Positions 1-8,627 of a stretch of 41,775 nt of DNA are shown in pieces. The notes beneath the pieces were generated by a model, which was not told the origin of the DNA, did not search any database, and worked only from the letters and a program-made list of their open reading frames with translations. The DNA is from a virus (Duplodnaviria; Heunggongvirae; Uroviricota; Caudoviricetes). Position 1 is the first letter of the stretch, and each line of letters starts with the position of its first letter. The DNA lies in the IMG/VR virus record IMGVR_UViG_2675903658_000008, positions 1 through 41,775 of that record; one strand, written 5' to 3'. Both the position numbers and the translations under genes were made by a program.

Positions 1-1284
1 CTACTTCTTCGCCTCTGCAACCACTTTGCTACCCACGCCGCGGTTATTGTATTCCCACATGCGGTTGTAGTTAGTGTCATTCAGATTGCGCTGTACTTCG
101 TCGTTATCATCAACGCTGCCGGTGTTACCCGCAAATGGACGATTAGAGATCACCGCATCAGCCCACGGTTTGGCTGTGTTAAAACCTTCGTTGATGGCGC
201 TATCACGGATCACTACCTGACCGTTGGTATTGGCATCAACATCCAGCGAGCGGCCCAGTTGCGCCACGCCATCACCGGAAGCATTGAAACGGCTGTTTAC
301 GGCGAGGAAACCGTAGTAAATGTTGGACAGCGTAGCCGGTGCAAACACATACGCTTCTTGCTGGGTACGGGAGTTCACCACGCGGAATTCGGTGTTATCG
401 AACACCACTGCGCCGCGACCAGAAACGATATCCACATCCCCTTCAATATAGCTGTTGGTCACCAGCGTACGTGGCTGACGATTCGTTTCCAGACGGTTCT
501 GCACACCGCTGTTGGTGACAAAGAAGGTGTTCTGACGACCGAGAATGTTGACGTTATTGATCTGCACTTTGTCGCCATCAGTACGCAGTGCCACCGCCGG
601 ATGGTTACCCGCATCTACGCTATCGCCCAGCGTGTTTTCGATGGTCAGGTTTTGCAGTTGCAGGCCATTGTTTTGTGACCAGAAGACCGCAGAGCAGAGA
701 ACACCGATACTGTCGCTGCGTTTACTCTGGCAGCTATCGTACATATACCACGCCGGTTTACCTGGCATATATTTGCCGCGCGGGTTGACGTCGTGACGCC
801 AGTCGGCAGGGCTCATGCCACCATCAAGGGAAAGCCCAATCTTCACATCAATCGGTTTTTCACCCGTACCGTACAGAGTAATTCCACCCGGAGCGGCAGG
901 GACATACACCGTTCCCTGATACTCACCAGGCATCACGGCAATATACTGGCGCTTGTTGGTACGCTTGATAATTGCCGCATCTACCGCCGCCTGAATCGTG
1001 GTATGCGTTACACCTTGAGTACCCGCCGGGCCGACAACAAAGTCAGGTTGCGCAGGCAGGGTAATCGGGGAAGGATTCCACGCTGCCGCACCTGGTGTCA
1101 GGGATGCAAAATAGTGTTGAGCATCGAAATTCTGCGCTTCTTTTGCCGACAGAATCGGGCGCGAAGAGGTACCAGGCGCGGTTTGATCAGAAGGACGTTG
1201 ATCGGGCGGTGTTGAGCTACAGGCGGTCAGCGTCACGCCAAAAGCCAATGCCAGCGCCAGACGGGAAACTGAAAATGTGTTCAC
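1..1284 (-). CDS. ybhC: Host lipoprotein YbhC (acyl-CoA thioesterase / pectinesterase-like), flanks lambda attB
   Basis: 427-aa ORF with signal peptide and lipobox (LTAC); recognised as E. coli YbhC; GTG start at 1284. Confidence 0.85.
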   Translation of the reverse strand: MNTFSVSRLALALAFGVTLTACSSTPPDQRPSDQTAPGTSSRPILSAKEAQNFDAQHYFASLTPGAAAWNPSPITLPAQPDFVVGPAGTQGVTHTTIQAAVDAAIIKRTNKRQYIAVMPGEYQGTVYVPAAPGGITLYGTGEKPIDVKIGLSLDGGMSPADWRHDVNPRGKYMPGKPAWYMYDSCQSKRSDSIGVLCSAVFWSQNNGLQLQNLTIENTLGDSVDAGNHPAVALRTDGDKVQINNVNILGRQNTFFVTNSGVQNRLETNRQPRTLVTNSYIEGDVDIVSGRGAVVFDNTEFRVVNSRTQQEAYVFAPATLSNIYYGFLAVNSRFNASGDGVAQLGRSLDVDANTNGQVVIRDSAINEGFNTAKPWADAVISNRPFAGNTGSVDDNDEVQRNLNDTNYNRMWEYNNRGVGSKVVAEAKK

Positions 1285-1330
1285 AGGTTGCTCCGGGCTA
1301 TGAAATAGAAAAATGAATCCGTTGAAGCCT

Positions 1331-1345
1331 GCTTTTTTATACTAA
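1331..1345. repeat. attL core (GCTTTTTTATACTAA), followed by lambda P'-arm-like sequence
   Basis: Exact 15-bp lambda att core; identical copy at 39955..39969; flanking sequence matches recalled lambda attP P' arm. Confidence 0.85.
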
Positions 1346-1418
1346 GTAGGCATTATAAAAAAGCATTGCTTATCAATTTGTTGCAACGAACAGGTCACTA
1401 TCAGTCAAAATAAAATCA

Positions 1419-2489
1419 TTATTTGATTTCAATTTTGTCCCACTCCCTGCCTCTGTCATCACGATACTGTGATGCCATGGTGTCCGACTTATGCCCGAGA
1501 AGATGTTGAGCAAACTTATCGCTTATCTGCTTCTCATAGAGTCTTGCAGACAAACTGCGCAACTCGTGAAAGGTAGGCGGATCCCCTTCGAAGGAAAGAC
1601 CTGATGCTTTTCGTGCGCGCATAAAATACCTTGATACTGTGCCGGATGAAAGCGGTTCACGACGAGTAGATGCAATTATGGTTTCTCCGCCAAGAATCTC
1701 TTTGCATTTATCAAGTGTTTCCTTCATTGATATCCCGAGAGCATCAACATGCAATGTTGTTGGGATGGCAATTTTTACGCCTGTTTTGCTTTGCTCGACA
1801 TAAAGATATCCATCTACGATATCAGACCACTTCATTTCGCATAAATCACCAACACGCTGCCCGGTAACAACAGCCAGTTCCATTGCAAGTCTAAGCCAAC
1901 ATGGTGATGATTCTGCTGCTTGATAAATTTTCAGGTATTCGTCAGCCGTAAGTCTTGATCTCCTTACCTCTGATTTTGCTGCGCGAGTGGCAGCGACCGG
2001 GTTTATTGTTATATGTCCTTCAGCTATTGCCTCTCGGAATGCATCGCTCAGTGTTGATCTGATTAACTTGGCTGACGCCGCCTTGCCCTCGTCTATGTAT
2101 CCATTGAGCATTGCCGCAATTTCTTTTGTGGTGATGTCTTCAAGTGGAGCATCAGGCAGACCCCTCCTTATTGCTTTAATTTTGCTCATGTAATTTATAA
2201 GTGTCTTCTGCTTGATTCCTCTGCTGGCGAGGATTTTTTCGTAGCGATCAAGCCATGAATGTAACGTAACAGAATTATCACTGTTGATTCTCGCTGTCAG
2301 AGGCTTGTGTTTGTGTCCTGAAAATAACTCAATGTTGGCCTGTATTGCTTCAGTGATTGCTATCCTCCTGTCTCGGCCTAATCCAAACTCTTTACCCGTC
2401 CTTGGGTCCCTGTAGCAGTAATATCCATTGTTTCTTATATAAAGGTTAGGGGGTAAATCCCGGCGCTCATGACTTCGCCTTCTTCCCAT
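1419..2489 (-). CDS. int: Tyrosine integrase, lambda Int
   Basis: 356-aa translation matches recalled lambda Int almost throughout; adjacent to attL. Confidence 0.95.
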   Translation of the reverse strand: MGRRRSHERRDLPPNLYIRNNGYYCYRDPRTGKEFGLGRDRRIAITEAIQANIELFSGHKHKPLTARINSDNSVTLHSWLDRYEKILASRGIKQKTLINYMSKIKAIRRGLPDAPLEDITTKEIAAMLNGYIDEGKAASAKLIRSTLSDAFREAIAEGHITINPVAATRAAKSEVRRSRLTADEYLKIYQAAESSPCWLRLAMELAVVTGQRVGDLCEMKWSDIVDGYLYVEQSKTGVKIAIPTTLHVDALGISMKETLDKCKEILGGETIIASTRREPLSSGTVSRYFMRARKASGLSFEGDPPTFHELRSLSARLYEKQISDKFAQHLLGHKSDTMASQYRDDRGREWDKIEIK

Positions 2490-2685
2490 TTTTGATCCTC
2501 TTCAAAAGGCTACCTGTTACTGGTCGATTTAAGTCAACCTTTACCGCTGATTCGTGGAACAGATACTCTCTTCCATCCTTAACCGGAGGAGGGAATATCC
2601 TGCATTCGCGCACCCATCGACGAACTGTTTCAAGGCTTCTTGGGCGTCGCTGGCGTGCGTTCCACTCCTGAAGTGTCAAGTACAT
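2467..2685 (-). CDS. xis: Excisionase, lambda Xis
   Basis: 72-aa translation matches lambda Xis; overlaps int start as in lambda. Confidence 0.9.
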   Translation of the reverse strand: MYLTLQEWNARQRRPRSLETVRRWVRECRIFPPPVKDGREYLFHESAVKVDLNRPVTGSLLKRIKNGKKAKS

Positions 2686-2717
2686 CGCAAAGTCTCCGCA
2701 ATTACACGCAAGAAAAA

Positions 2718-2745
2718 ACCGCCATCAGGCGGTTTGGTGTTCTTT
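2718..2745 (-). terminator. Rho-independent terminator-like hairpin
   Basis: Minus-strand AAACCGCC-TGAT-GGCGGTTT stem-loop followed by TTTTTC, directly after a small ORF stop. Confidence 0.5.
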
Positions 2746-2893
2746 CAGTTCTTCAATTCGAATATTGGTTACGTCTGCATGTGCTATCTGCGCCCACAGC
2801 ATCCAGTGGTCATAGCAGTCGTTGATGTTCTCTGCTTCGATAACTCTGTTGAATGGTTCTCCATTCCATTCACCTGTGACTCGGAAGTGCATT
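2726..2893 (-). CDS. Small hypothetical protein (55 aa)
   Basis: Own reading of minus strand: ATG at 2893, MHFRVTGEWNGEPF..., stop TGA inside the downstream hairpin; below the ORF-track size cutoff. Confidence 0.4.
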
Positions 2894-2911
2894 TATCATC
2901 TCCATAAAACA

Positions 2912-2962
2912 AAACTCGCCGTAGCGAGTTCAGATAAAAGAAATCCCCGCGAATGCGAGGAT
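2912..2962 (-). terminator. Two tandem terminator-like hairpins
   Basis: AACTCGC-CGTA-GCGAGTT and TCCTCGC-ATTC-GCGGGGA stems, each followed by a T-rich run on the minus strand. Confidence 0.4.
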
Positions 2963-2964
2963 TG

Positions 2965-3249
2965 TTATTCATTGCCGATATTCACCTTTATCGCGAACAC
3001 CTTTACCGGTTTATCGCCGAAGTGGGGATGCGTGATTGTCTTGATTTCATATCCATCATACGGAACATCAATTCTACGGCTGGAATCGTCGCGCTTCGGA
3101 TATCCCTTTGTGATAATCAGGCGGTAATACTCCCGGAACATAATTCGCTTATTCCAGTAGTCATTACACAGGCGATACTCTTCCGTTTTCTCTCCGCGAA
3201 TCATGGCATCGAAGTATTCACCTTTTACGGCAAGTTGCAGGTTAGCCAC
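2965..3249 (-). CDS. DUF3850/ASCH-like domain protein
   Basis: 94 aa; N-terminal pattern L-x-L-x-x-K-x-E-Y-F-D-A-x-x-x-G-E-K-T-x-E-x-R resembles ASCH-like phage proteins. Confidence 0.55.
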   Translation of the reverse strand: MANLQLAVKGEYFDAMIRGEKTEEYRLCNDYWNKRIMFREYYRLIITKGYPKRDDSSRRIDVPYDGYEIKTITHPHFGDKPVKVFAIKVNIGNE

Positions 3250-4027
3250 GGTTAACCTCCTGCGGCGGTTCTGGTAGTGGCATCCAGTGGGTTACTCCAT
3301 GCCATATACCAGTTAAGGTTTCAAACCTTGGCTCTCTGCCTTTCTGTGTCTTGGCATATCCATTCCTTGTATATACGCATTGTCTAACTGCATATCCATT
3401 CCATCCAATAACTGTTTGTCTAATTTCAGGCATTCGCTCACTACAGCTTATCCAACCATCCTGAGTTACCGGAGAGTTGCCCGACAGCTTGTTCAACTTG
3501 TAAGTTTGGCTTACAGGTTCGGCACCATGAAGCATGGCGTCGCTCCGCTCTATGCCATCCAGCGCGATTCGCAGTGCCTGAATTGTGGTAGAGCTATCGT
3601 TTGGGGCTATTCCATATCGCTCGAATACAGCTAAATGGTTGCGCATAATCTCAGGCGTAAGCTCTTTGTAAGCATAAGCAAGAGGCTCTGATGCATTATC
3701 CGGCACAACCGACGCAGGCGCGGCAGCATAAACAGGAATAACGTCCGCTTGCTCTTTATTGCTTTCATCCGTTAAAGCCCAGAATAATTTTCCGGCCGGA
3801 TGTTTGAAAATATAAGCAACTGGTTCTGCTCCCAGTGATGCCAGTGCAATTCGTGCCAGCTCACGCACAACTTCAGGGGGCGCGTGACGGTCATTCAGGT
3901 CATCCCACAGACGTAGCATGTCATTGCTATCAGGGTTAACATCCTCATTAGTTCCGGCCAGCGCACTAATAACCTCATCGGCTGCTTCAATAATTTTCTG
4001 TGCCTGTTCTCTGGTAATAGTGGTCAT
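3242..4027 (-). CDS. Phage protein with C-terminal DUF551-like domain
   Basis: 261 aa; C-terminal W-x-S-x-x-E-R-M-P ... W-M-P-L-P-E-P-P motif typical of DUF551. Confidence 0.55.
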   Translation of the reverse strand: MTTITREQAQKIIEAADEVISALAGTNEDVNPDSNDMLRLWDDLNDRHAPPEVVRELARIALASLGAEPVAYIFKHPAGKLFWALTDESNKEQADVIPVYAAAPASVVPDNASEPLAYAYKELTPEIMRNHLAVFERYGIAPNDSSTTIQALRIALDGIERSDAMLHGAEPVSQTYKLNKLSGNSPVTQDGWISCSERMPEIRQTVIGWNGYAVRQCVYTRNGYAKTQKGREPRFETLTGIWHGVTHWMPLPEPPQEVNRG

Positions 4028-4037
4028 TTGTTATGCC

Positions 4038-4235
4038 TCAATACACGAAATCTGTTTTAAATTCATGGTTACATTCTGGACAGCATGTTTCGTAACCTTT
4101 TATTTCTTCACATGCCTGTTTAGCTCCAGAAAACTCCCAGAAATCAGCATCACAAAGCAGATCGAAATTGTGACCGCATTTTGGGCATTCGGTATCAAGT
4201 GACAGATTCCAGTAAGCAGTGGTGTTTTTATCCAT
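4038..4235 (-). CDS. Small Cys-rich (zinc-ribbon-like) hypothetical protein
   Basis: CPKCGH ... CCPECNH motif pairs; start placed at MDKNTT with AGGAGAG RBS. Confidence 0.5.
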   Translation of the reverse strand: MDKNTTAYWNLSLDTECPKCGHNFDLLCDADFWEFSGAKQACEEIKGYETCCPECNHEFKTDFVY

Positions 4236-4236
4236 A

Positions 4237-4653
4237 TCACTCTCCTTTGATGCGAATGCCAGTAGCGCGGATTGCATCGATGACTTCAGAAACTTTGTAT
4301 GCCATTACCGTTTGGTAATCATCGTGAAAATCTGTTCGATGAAGCATGCTGCTACGTTCCGGGAGCAGTATTTCCCGCGCTTCCAGTTCTGCAATGCGTT
4401 TGCTTTGGGCTTCTCGTTCATCCAACAGCGCCTGCACTACTTCAGGGTTGAAAGCTGCGATATAACGAGCGTTGTTCTCTGCGTTTTTCTGTTCGTCGAA
4501 TCCAGGCCAGTCGACAATATCTCCGTGATGATTATCTCCTGGTGTGTGCACGGCGTACGTGCCGTATTTGCCCGGCGAAATAAATGCGACCCATTCACCC
4601 TGTGTTGCCTGTTTTGCTAACTCACGCAGTGCCTGATAATCAATCTTGCTCAC
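4237..4653 (-). CDS. Ead/Ea22-like family protein
   Basis: 138 aa; ARYIAAFNPEVVQALLDE region typical of Ead/Ea22-like prophage proteins. Confidence 0.6.
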   Translation of the reverse strand: MSKIDYQALRELAKQATQGEWVAFISPGKYGTYAVHTPGDNHHGDIVDWPGFDEQKNAENNARYIAAFNPEVVQALLDEREAQSKRIAELEAREILLPERSSMLHRTDFHDDYQTVMAYKVSEVIDAIRATGIRIKGE

Positions 4654-5087
4654 TGGTTGCCTCCTTTGCGAAGCTGGTCGGCTAACTCATCACATATGTG
4701 CGTCAAAGAGCAAAGTTTGATTGATGGATGTTCGCGCATCATCTCTACTCCCTGCGCCCGCACCTCAGCCAGGAAAGCGTCGGTGGCTGGGATTTCAGTA
4801 ACATCATCTTCCCATTCGCTAAACTCCTCACGACAAAAGTCATTAAATTCCTTCTCTGATTGCTTAAGCGAGGCATTTTCAGCAGCCATCTTCGCGCATT
4901 TAGCCTCAAGGTTATCAATCGTGATTCCAGCAGAACGACACTCCCGCAACGCCGTTTCCAGTTTTGATTCAAGTTCACCGAACTTACGGACAAGATATTC
5001 AGCGTTTGTTTCGTTAACCTTTAAATCTCGGGGGATGCATTTACCTTTCAGAAATCCATCCATCTCAATTAGTGACATTTGTTTCAT
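4650..5087 (-). CDS. Hypothetical coiled-coil protein
   Basis: ORF in early-left operon; start ambiguous (GTG 5105 or ATG 5087); ATGA overlap with upstream small ORF. Confidence 0.5.
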   Translation of the reverse strand: MKQMSLIEMDGFLKGKCIPRDLKVNETNAEYLVRKFGELESKLETALRECRSAGITIDNLEAKCAKMAAENASLKQSEKEFNDFCREEFSEWEDDVTEIPATDAFLAEVRAQGVEMMREHPSIKLCSLTHICDELADQLRKGGNQ

Positions 5088-5088
5088 T

Positions 5089-5250
5089 TCTTCCCACTCC
5101 GCCACATCGCATTCAGATATTTGTTGTCATTAACAGAACCGAAACTCTTTCTCTTAAGCAATTCCTCTCTCGATGGCATTGGCTTTACGCGTTGGCGAAT
5201 AATCATTTCTGCCGGAAGAATGCTGGGATTGTATGCAAGTCCTCTCATGA
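5089..5250 (-). CDS. Small hypothetical protein (54 aa)
   Basis: Own translation; ATGA start/stop overlaps with both neighbours suggest translational coupling. Confidence 0.35.
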
Positions 5251-5535
5251 TTTACTCTCCATGAACTGGTCAACAGCCATGCTAAGTGACACACCTAAAG
5301 TCTCGATATGCTGCTGAATATCCTGTAGCGTCTGCGCCTGAGATAACAGGATTTCACGGTTGCATAATTCTTTAACCAGATGCTCAAACTTGCTGTAATA
5401 ACCGATACGACTTAGTGTTTCTTTCCCTGCATTCTCGCCTTCTTTGATAATTCCTCTTTCGCTAAGAATCAGATCGTGTTTGGTTCCGGTAATAACGTAT
5501 TTTCCGAGGTCGATGTTTAGCCTCATTGTTTTCAT
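5245..5535 (-). CDS. Hypothetical protein (96 aa)
   Basis: ORF trimmed to internal ATG (MKTMRLNID...) preceded by GGAA RBS just after upstream gene stop. Confidence 0.5.
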   Translation of the reverse strand: MKTMRLNIDLGKYVITGTKHDLILSERGIIKEGENAGKETLSRIGYYSKFEHLVKELCNREILLSQAQTLQDIQQHIETLGVSLSMAVDQFMESKS

Positions 5536-5545
5536 TGTTAATTCC

Positions 5546-5842
5546 TCAGTCATTACTGATAGCGCCATAGCGTGAGCGGTAATTACGCAGGCGCGGGTCG
5601 ATATATTCAGGGAAGTGGGTATATGTTGCTTTGCGGAACGGTCGGATTGATGTCTGGTAAATTCGCTCGCGTTCTTCTTTCTCTGCAAGCCATATACAAT
5701 GGCGAAATTCCTTTTCCTCTTTCGTTTCCTGCGGTAGCGACATTATCCGGTTGTAGTTTTTCCTGAATTTATCCAGCACCTCCGATACGGAATTGCCGGA
5801 ACAGCGGCGCGCGTCATCCGCACCATACAGAGGCGCTGGCAT
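5546..5842 (-). CDS. Hypothetical protein (98 aa)
   Basis: ORF with AGGAG-like RBS directly downstream of ssb stop. Confidence 0.5.
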   Translation of the reverse strand: MPAPLYGADDARRCSGNSVSEVLDKFRKNYNRIMSLPQETKEEKEFRHCIWLAEKEERERIYQTSIRPFRKATYTHFPEYIDPRLRNYRSRYGAISND

Positions 5843-5855
5843 GATTTTCTCCTGA

Positions 5856-6362
5856 TTAAATTGCGTGAATAGCGTGACGAGGGAAGGGGAGAGTTACTGG
5901 TGCAAAGGGTATATCGTCGTCAAAATCCATCGGAGGTTCGTTGTGTTGTGCTGGTGATGATTGCTGCTGTGGCTTCTGTGATTGCCTGCTGGCTGCTTGT
6001 TGTTTGCTGTCGCCAATGCCGCCAAGCATTTGCATCACGCCATTAATTCCGACATGAACCTCGGTTGTGTAACGGTCTTGTCCTGACTGGTCTTTCCACT
6101 TTCTGGTTCTCAGCATTCCCTCGAAATAAATCTGATCACCTTTTTTCACATACTGCCCCACGACCTCAGCCAGTTTCCCGGATACAGCAACACGATGCCA
6201 TTCAGTCAATTCCTTTTGCTCGCCAGTATTTTTATCTCGCCATTGTTCTGACGTGGCTATTGTCAGGTTAGCGAACGCTGTTCCTGATGGTGAGTATCGA
6301 ACTTCCGGGTCTTGTCCTACCCGACCAATAATGATCACCTTATTTACGCCTCTGCTTGCCAT
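5856..6362 (-). CDS. ssb: Single-stranded DNA-binding protein with 15-aa extension beyond DDDIPF
   Basis: OB-fold region matches E. coli SSB closely; Gly/Gln-rich linker; DDDIPF present but followed by [15 protein letters not shown]. Confidence 0.85.
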   Translation of the reverse strand: MASRGVNKVIIIGRVGQDPEVRYSPSGTAFANLTIATSEQWRDKNTGEQKELTEWHRVAVSGKLAEVVGQYVKKGDQIYFEGMLRTRKWKDQSGQDRYTTEVHVGINGVMQMLGGIGDSKQQAASRQSQKPQQQSSPAQHNEPPMDFDDDIPFAPVTLPFPRHAIHAI

Positions 6363-7070
6363 TTATGCCGCCTGTTTTAGTTCGTTAACTCTGATGTTCA
6401 TTACCTGAACGCATTTAGCCTGCGCATCCTCATTGCCAGCCATTAATTGCCAGTCATGCTGATAACGTTCTATGAGTTTTTTCTTGTCAGTTTCTGTCGA
6501 TGCATAATCGCTGAAGTCTTTCAGGATTTGTTCGCAGTCAACCGATGGAGATTTCTGGTTGGTATTTTCTGGTGATGGTTGATTGCCAGATGCTGGCATT
6601 GCCCATCCCGGCAGCGATGGAGGGGACCAGTAAAATCCTGTTCCATCTTTCAGTTTTGCCCTGTGCCATCCCTGCTTTTTATCGAGAGATGTTTGTGCGA
6701 AACCTTCCTCAAGGTTATACAGATACCGACCGATTCCCCACTGAACGGCAGCGCGCTTCATTGCGCCGGAACGACCACCTTTGACGGCTTCTACCTGCGT
6801 GTTTTCAGCAGCATCCCATTTGGTTACCCATTCGGAATCAATCCTGATTGATATGCCGCATTCAACGCCTCCGTTGTTGGGAATATCGCGGTATTCATTG
6901 CGCCATCCTGCTTTGCCGCAAACATCGTCCAGGCGTTTCATGATTGCCCTGTTCGTGACATAAGCCAGCACCATAGCCCACACCTTGCCATCGCGTGTTT
7001 TACCGCTTTGCTGTATTCGCCATTCGATATCTTCAGGGCTGAATGGCTCATCGAATTTATTCAAATCCAT
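6363..7070 (-). CDS. Rad52/Sak-like single-strand annealing recombinase
   Basis: 235 aa; N-terminal Rad52-like signature including GIGRYLY; GGTG RBS; sits beside ssb. Confidence 0.7.
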   Translation of the reverse strand: MDLNKFDEPFSPEDIEWRIQQSGKTRDGKVWAMVLAYVTNRAIMKRLDDVCGKAGWRNEYRDIPNNGGVECGISIRIDSEWVTKWDAAENTQVEAVKGGRSGAMKRAAVQWGIGRYLYNLEEGFAQTSLDKKQGWHRAKLKDGTGFYWSPPSLPGWAMPASGNQPSPENTNQKSPSVDCEQILKDFSDYASTETDKKKLIERYQHDWQLMAGNEDAQAKCVQVMNIRVNELKQAA

Positions 7071-7078
7071 AATTCACC

Positions 7079-7249
7079 TCAGAATGGACATGGACCAAGG
7101 AAATAACGCTGATTTAATACTTCGGTCTTTGCCGCATTTAAAAAGACGCGAACACCTTCACGATCTCCCTTCTGGCGATACATTAACGCCTGCTGCGTGT
7201 ACAAGCGCCTCTGTAACTTGCTTTCCTTCACTGTGGTTGCAAGTGACAT
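7079..7249 (-). CDS. Small hypothetical protein (56 aa)
   Basis: Own translation MSLATTVKESKLQRRLY...; AAGGAG RBS 6 nt upstream; stop overlaps the recombinase RBS; overlaps an alternative-frame ORF. Confidence 0.3.
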   Translation of the reverse strand: MSLATTVKESKLQRRLYTQQALMYRQKGDREGVRVFLNAAKTEVLNQRYFLGPCPF

Positions 7250-7461
7250 GCATATCTCCTTCGTTACCGATTAATTCTTTCATCTGACGAATGAATTCTT
7301 CGTCTGACCAGTTATCTGTAAAACTCATTTCCTGCGATACCACGGAATGTTGATAGCTGATTTCATCGCTTTATTTGCTTCAAGCCACATTTTGGAATCA
7401 CCAATAAATCTGGCTATTACTGCTTTGTTTTGTGCTGCACGAAGCATCTGGTGATTGATGG

Positions 7462-7596
7462 TTATTTCATTGCGCATAACGCCTCCAGTTGTTTCTTTGC
7501 TGCTCTGATTAATTGTTTAACTCGGCGTGATAATTCAGATTCGAGCGGGTAGAAAGCGGACATGACGCCGCTACCCGCGAGCTGAAAGTGCATCAT
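7462..7596 (-). CDS. CIII-like small protein (putative FtsH inhibitor)
   Basis: 44 aa from ATG with AAGGAG RBS; amphipathic PLESELSRRVKQLIRAAKKQL resembles lambda CIII core (recalled); the longer listed ORF spans a terminator. Confidence 0.5.
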   Translation of the reverse strand: MMHFQLAGSGVMSAFYPLESELSRRVKQLIRAAKKQLEALCAMK

Positions 7597-7660
7597 GGGT
7601 AACTCCTTATATTTGATTGCATAACGAAAACGCCTCTCGTGAAGCGTTATTGGTATGCAT

Positions 7661-7686
7661 ATAAAAAAGCCCTCACACTGGAGGGC
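7661..7686 (-). terminator. Rho-independent terminator upstream of cIII-like gene
   Basis: GCCCTC-CAGTGT-GAGGGC hairpin followed by TTTTTTAT on the minus strand. Confidence 0.55.
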
Positions 7687-7820
7687 AAAGAAGATTTCCA
7701 ATAATCAGAACAAGTCGGCTCCTGTTTAGTTACGAGCGACATTGCTCCGTGTATTCACTCGTTGGAATGAATACACAGTGCAGTGTTTATTCTGTTGTTA
7801 GTGCCAAAAATAAAGGCCGG

Positions 7821-8444
7821 CTATGCGGCCTCGGAAGGAAGTCCAATCATCTTATTCAAATCTTCTACCCGTAAAGCAGGAAGTGCTGTACTTGCTTTAT
7901 CTGCTTCTTTTGGTAGCAATTCTTTGCTTTCAGGCCAAACTTCAATAAGTCGCTTAACTGTTGTTACTGAGTTCAAAGCAGCCCATACATTTGATTCGAT
8001 ATCCTTTTTCAAGGCTTCAAGGTTTTGTTGCAATGCGCAGATTTCATCAAACCTTTTTGTTATTTCGTGTTCTGCGTCAAACATGCATTTATCTTTGGTT
8101 GGAGTAGGGAGCAATATATCTTCGCCGTTGCCGTCTTTCCCATATGAATGCCATCCAACCCTTCTGCCAGATACAGTCAGATAAATTGAAGTAGAAAGAA
8201 CATCGTATGAGTAAAATGAACATCCCATCTTTTCAAGTTCTTCACTTATAGCTACCAACTTGGATGATAACTGATCCACTTCCTCAGTTTTCTTTTTACC
8301 GCCAAACGCAATAACTCTGGCGTCAAGTGCAAGCTGGTTCTTTAACTTTGTTACTTCTTCAAGTTCAGTGAAAACCCCAGACTTAATTAAAGCGTTACGA
8401 GCGATTTCCTCTTTCATTCTCGTAGTTAAGCGGATTGATGACAT
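7821..8444 (-). CDS. Hypothetical protein (207 aa), pL-operon accessory gene
   Basis: AT-rich ORF; start at MSSIRL with GAGAGGAA RBS; no recognisable motif. Confidence 0.6.
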   Translation of the reverse strand: MSSIRLTTRMKEEIARNALIKSGVFTELEEVTKLKNQLALDARVIAFGGKKKTEEVDQLSSKLVAISEELEKMGCSFYSYDVLSTSIYLTVSGRRVGWHSYGKDGNGEDILLPTPTKDKCMFDAEHEITKRFDEICALQQNLEALKKDIESNVWAALNSVTTVKRLIEVWPESKELLPKEADKASTALPALRVEDLNKMIGLPSEAA

Positions 8445-8455
8445 ATTAATTCCTC

Positions 8456-8566
8456 TCAAATAAGTGGTTTGCTGCCTAATTTCATTTTCTGGCGACCAAC
8501 ACAAGTCACACCCATTTCACTGCGTGGCTTGCGGTAGTAAAGATTGTGCCTGTCTTTTAACCACAT
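8456..8566 (-). pseudogene. Remnant of a lambda-type N antiterminator (C-terminal fragment)
   Basis: Open frame encodes ...YYRKPRSEMGVTCVGRQKMKLGSKPLI, resembling recalled lambda N C-terminus; no credible RBS or N-terminal ARM. Confidence 0.4.
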
Positions 8567-8627
8567 CAGGCTCGGTGGTTCTCGTGTACCCCTACAGCGA
8601 GAAAAATAGTAAAATCCTCTCACCCCC

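Noticed and set aside
259-1316. Several plus-strand ORFs (139, 83, 66, 140, 73 aa) inside ybhC
   Set aside because: Antisense shadow ORFs within a well-supported host gene; no RBS or recognisable features.
7462-7701. 79-aa ORF as listed in the six-frame track
   Set aside because: Its N-terminal part reads through a clear terminator hairpin; only the 44-aa portion from the RBS-preceded ATG at 7596 is plausibly coding.
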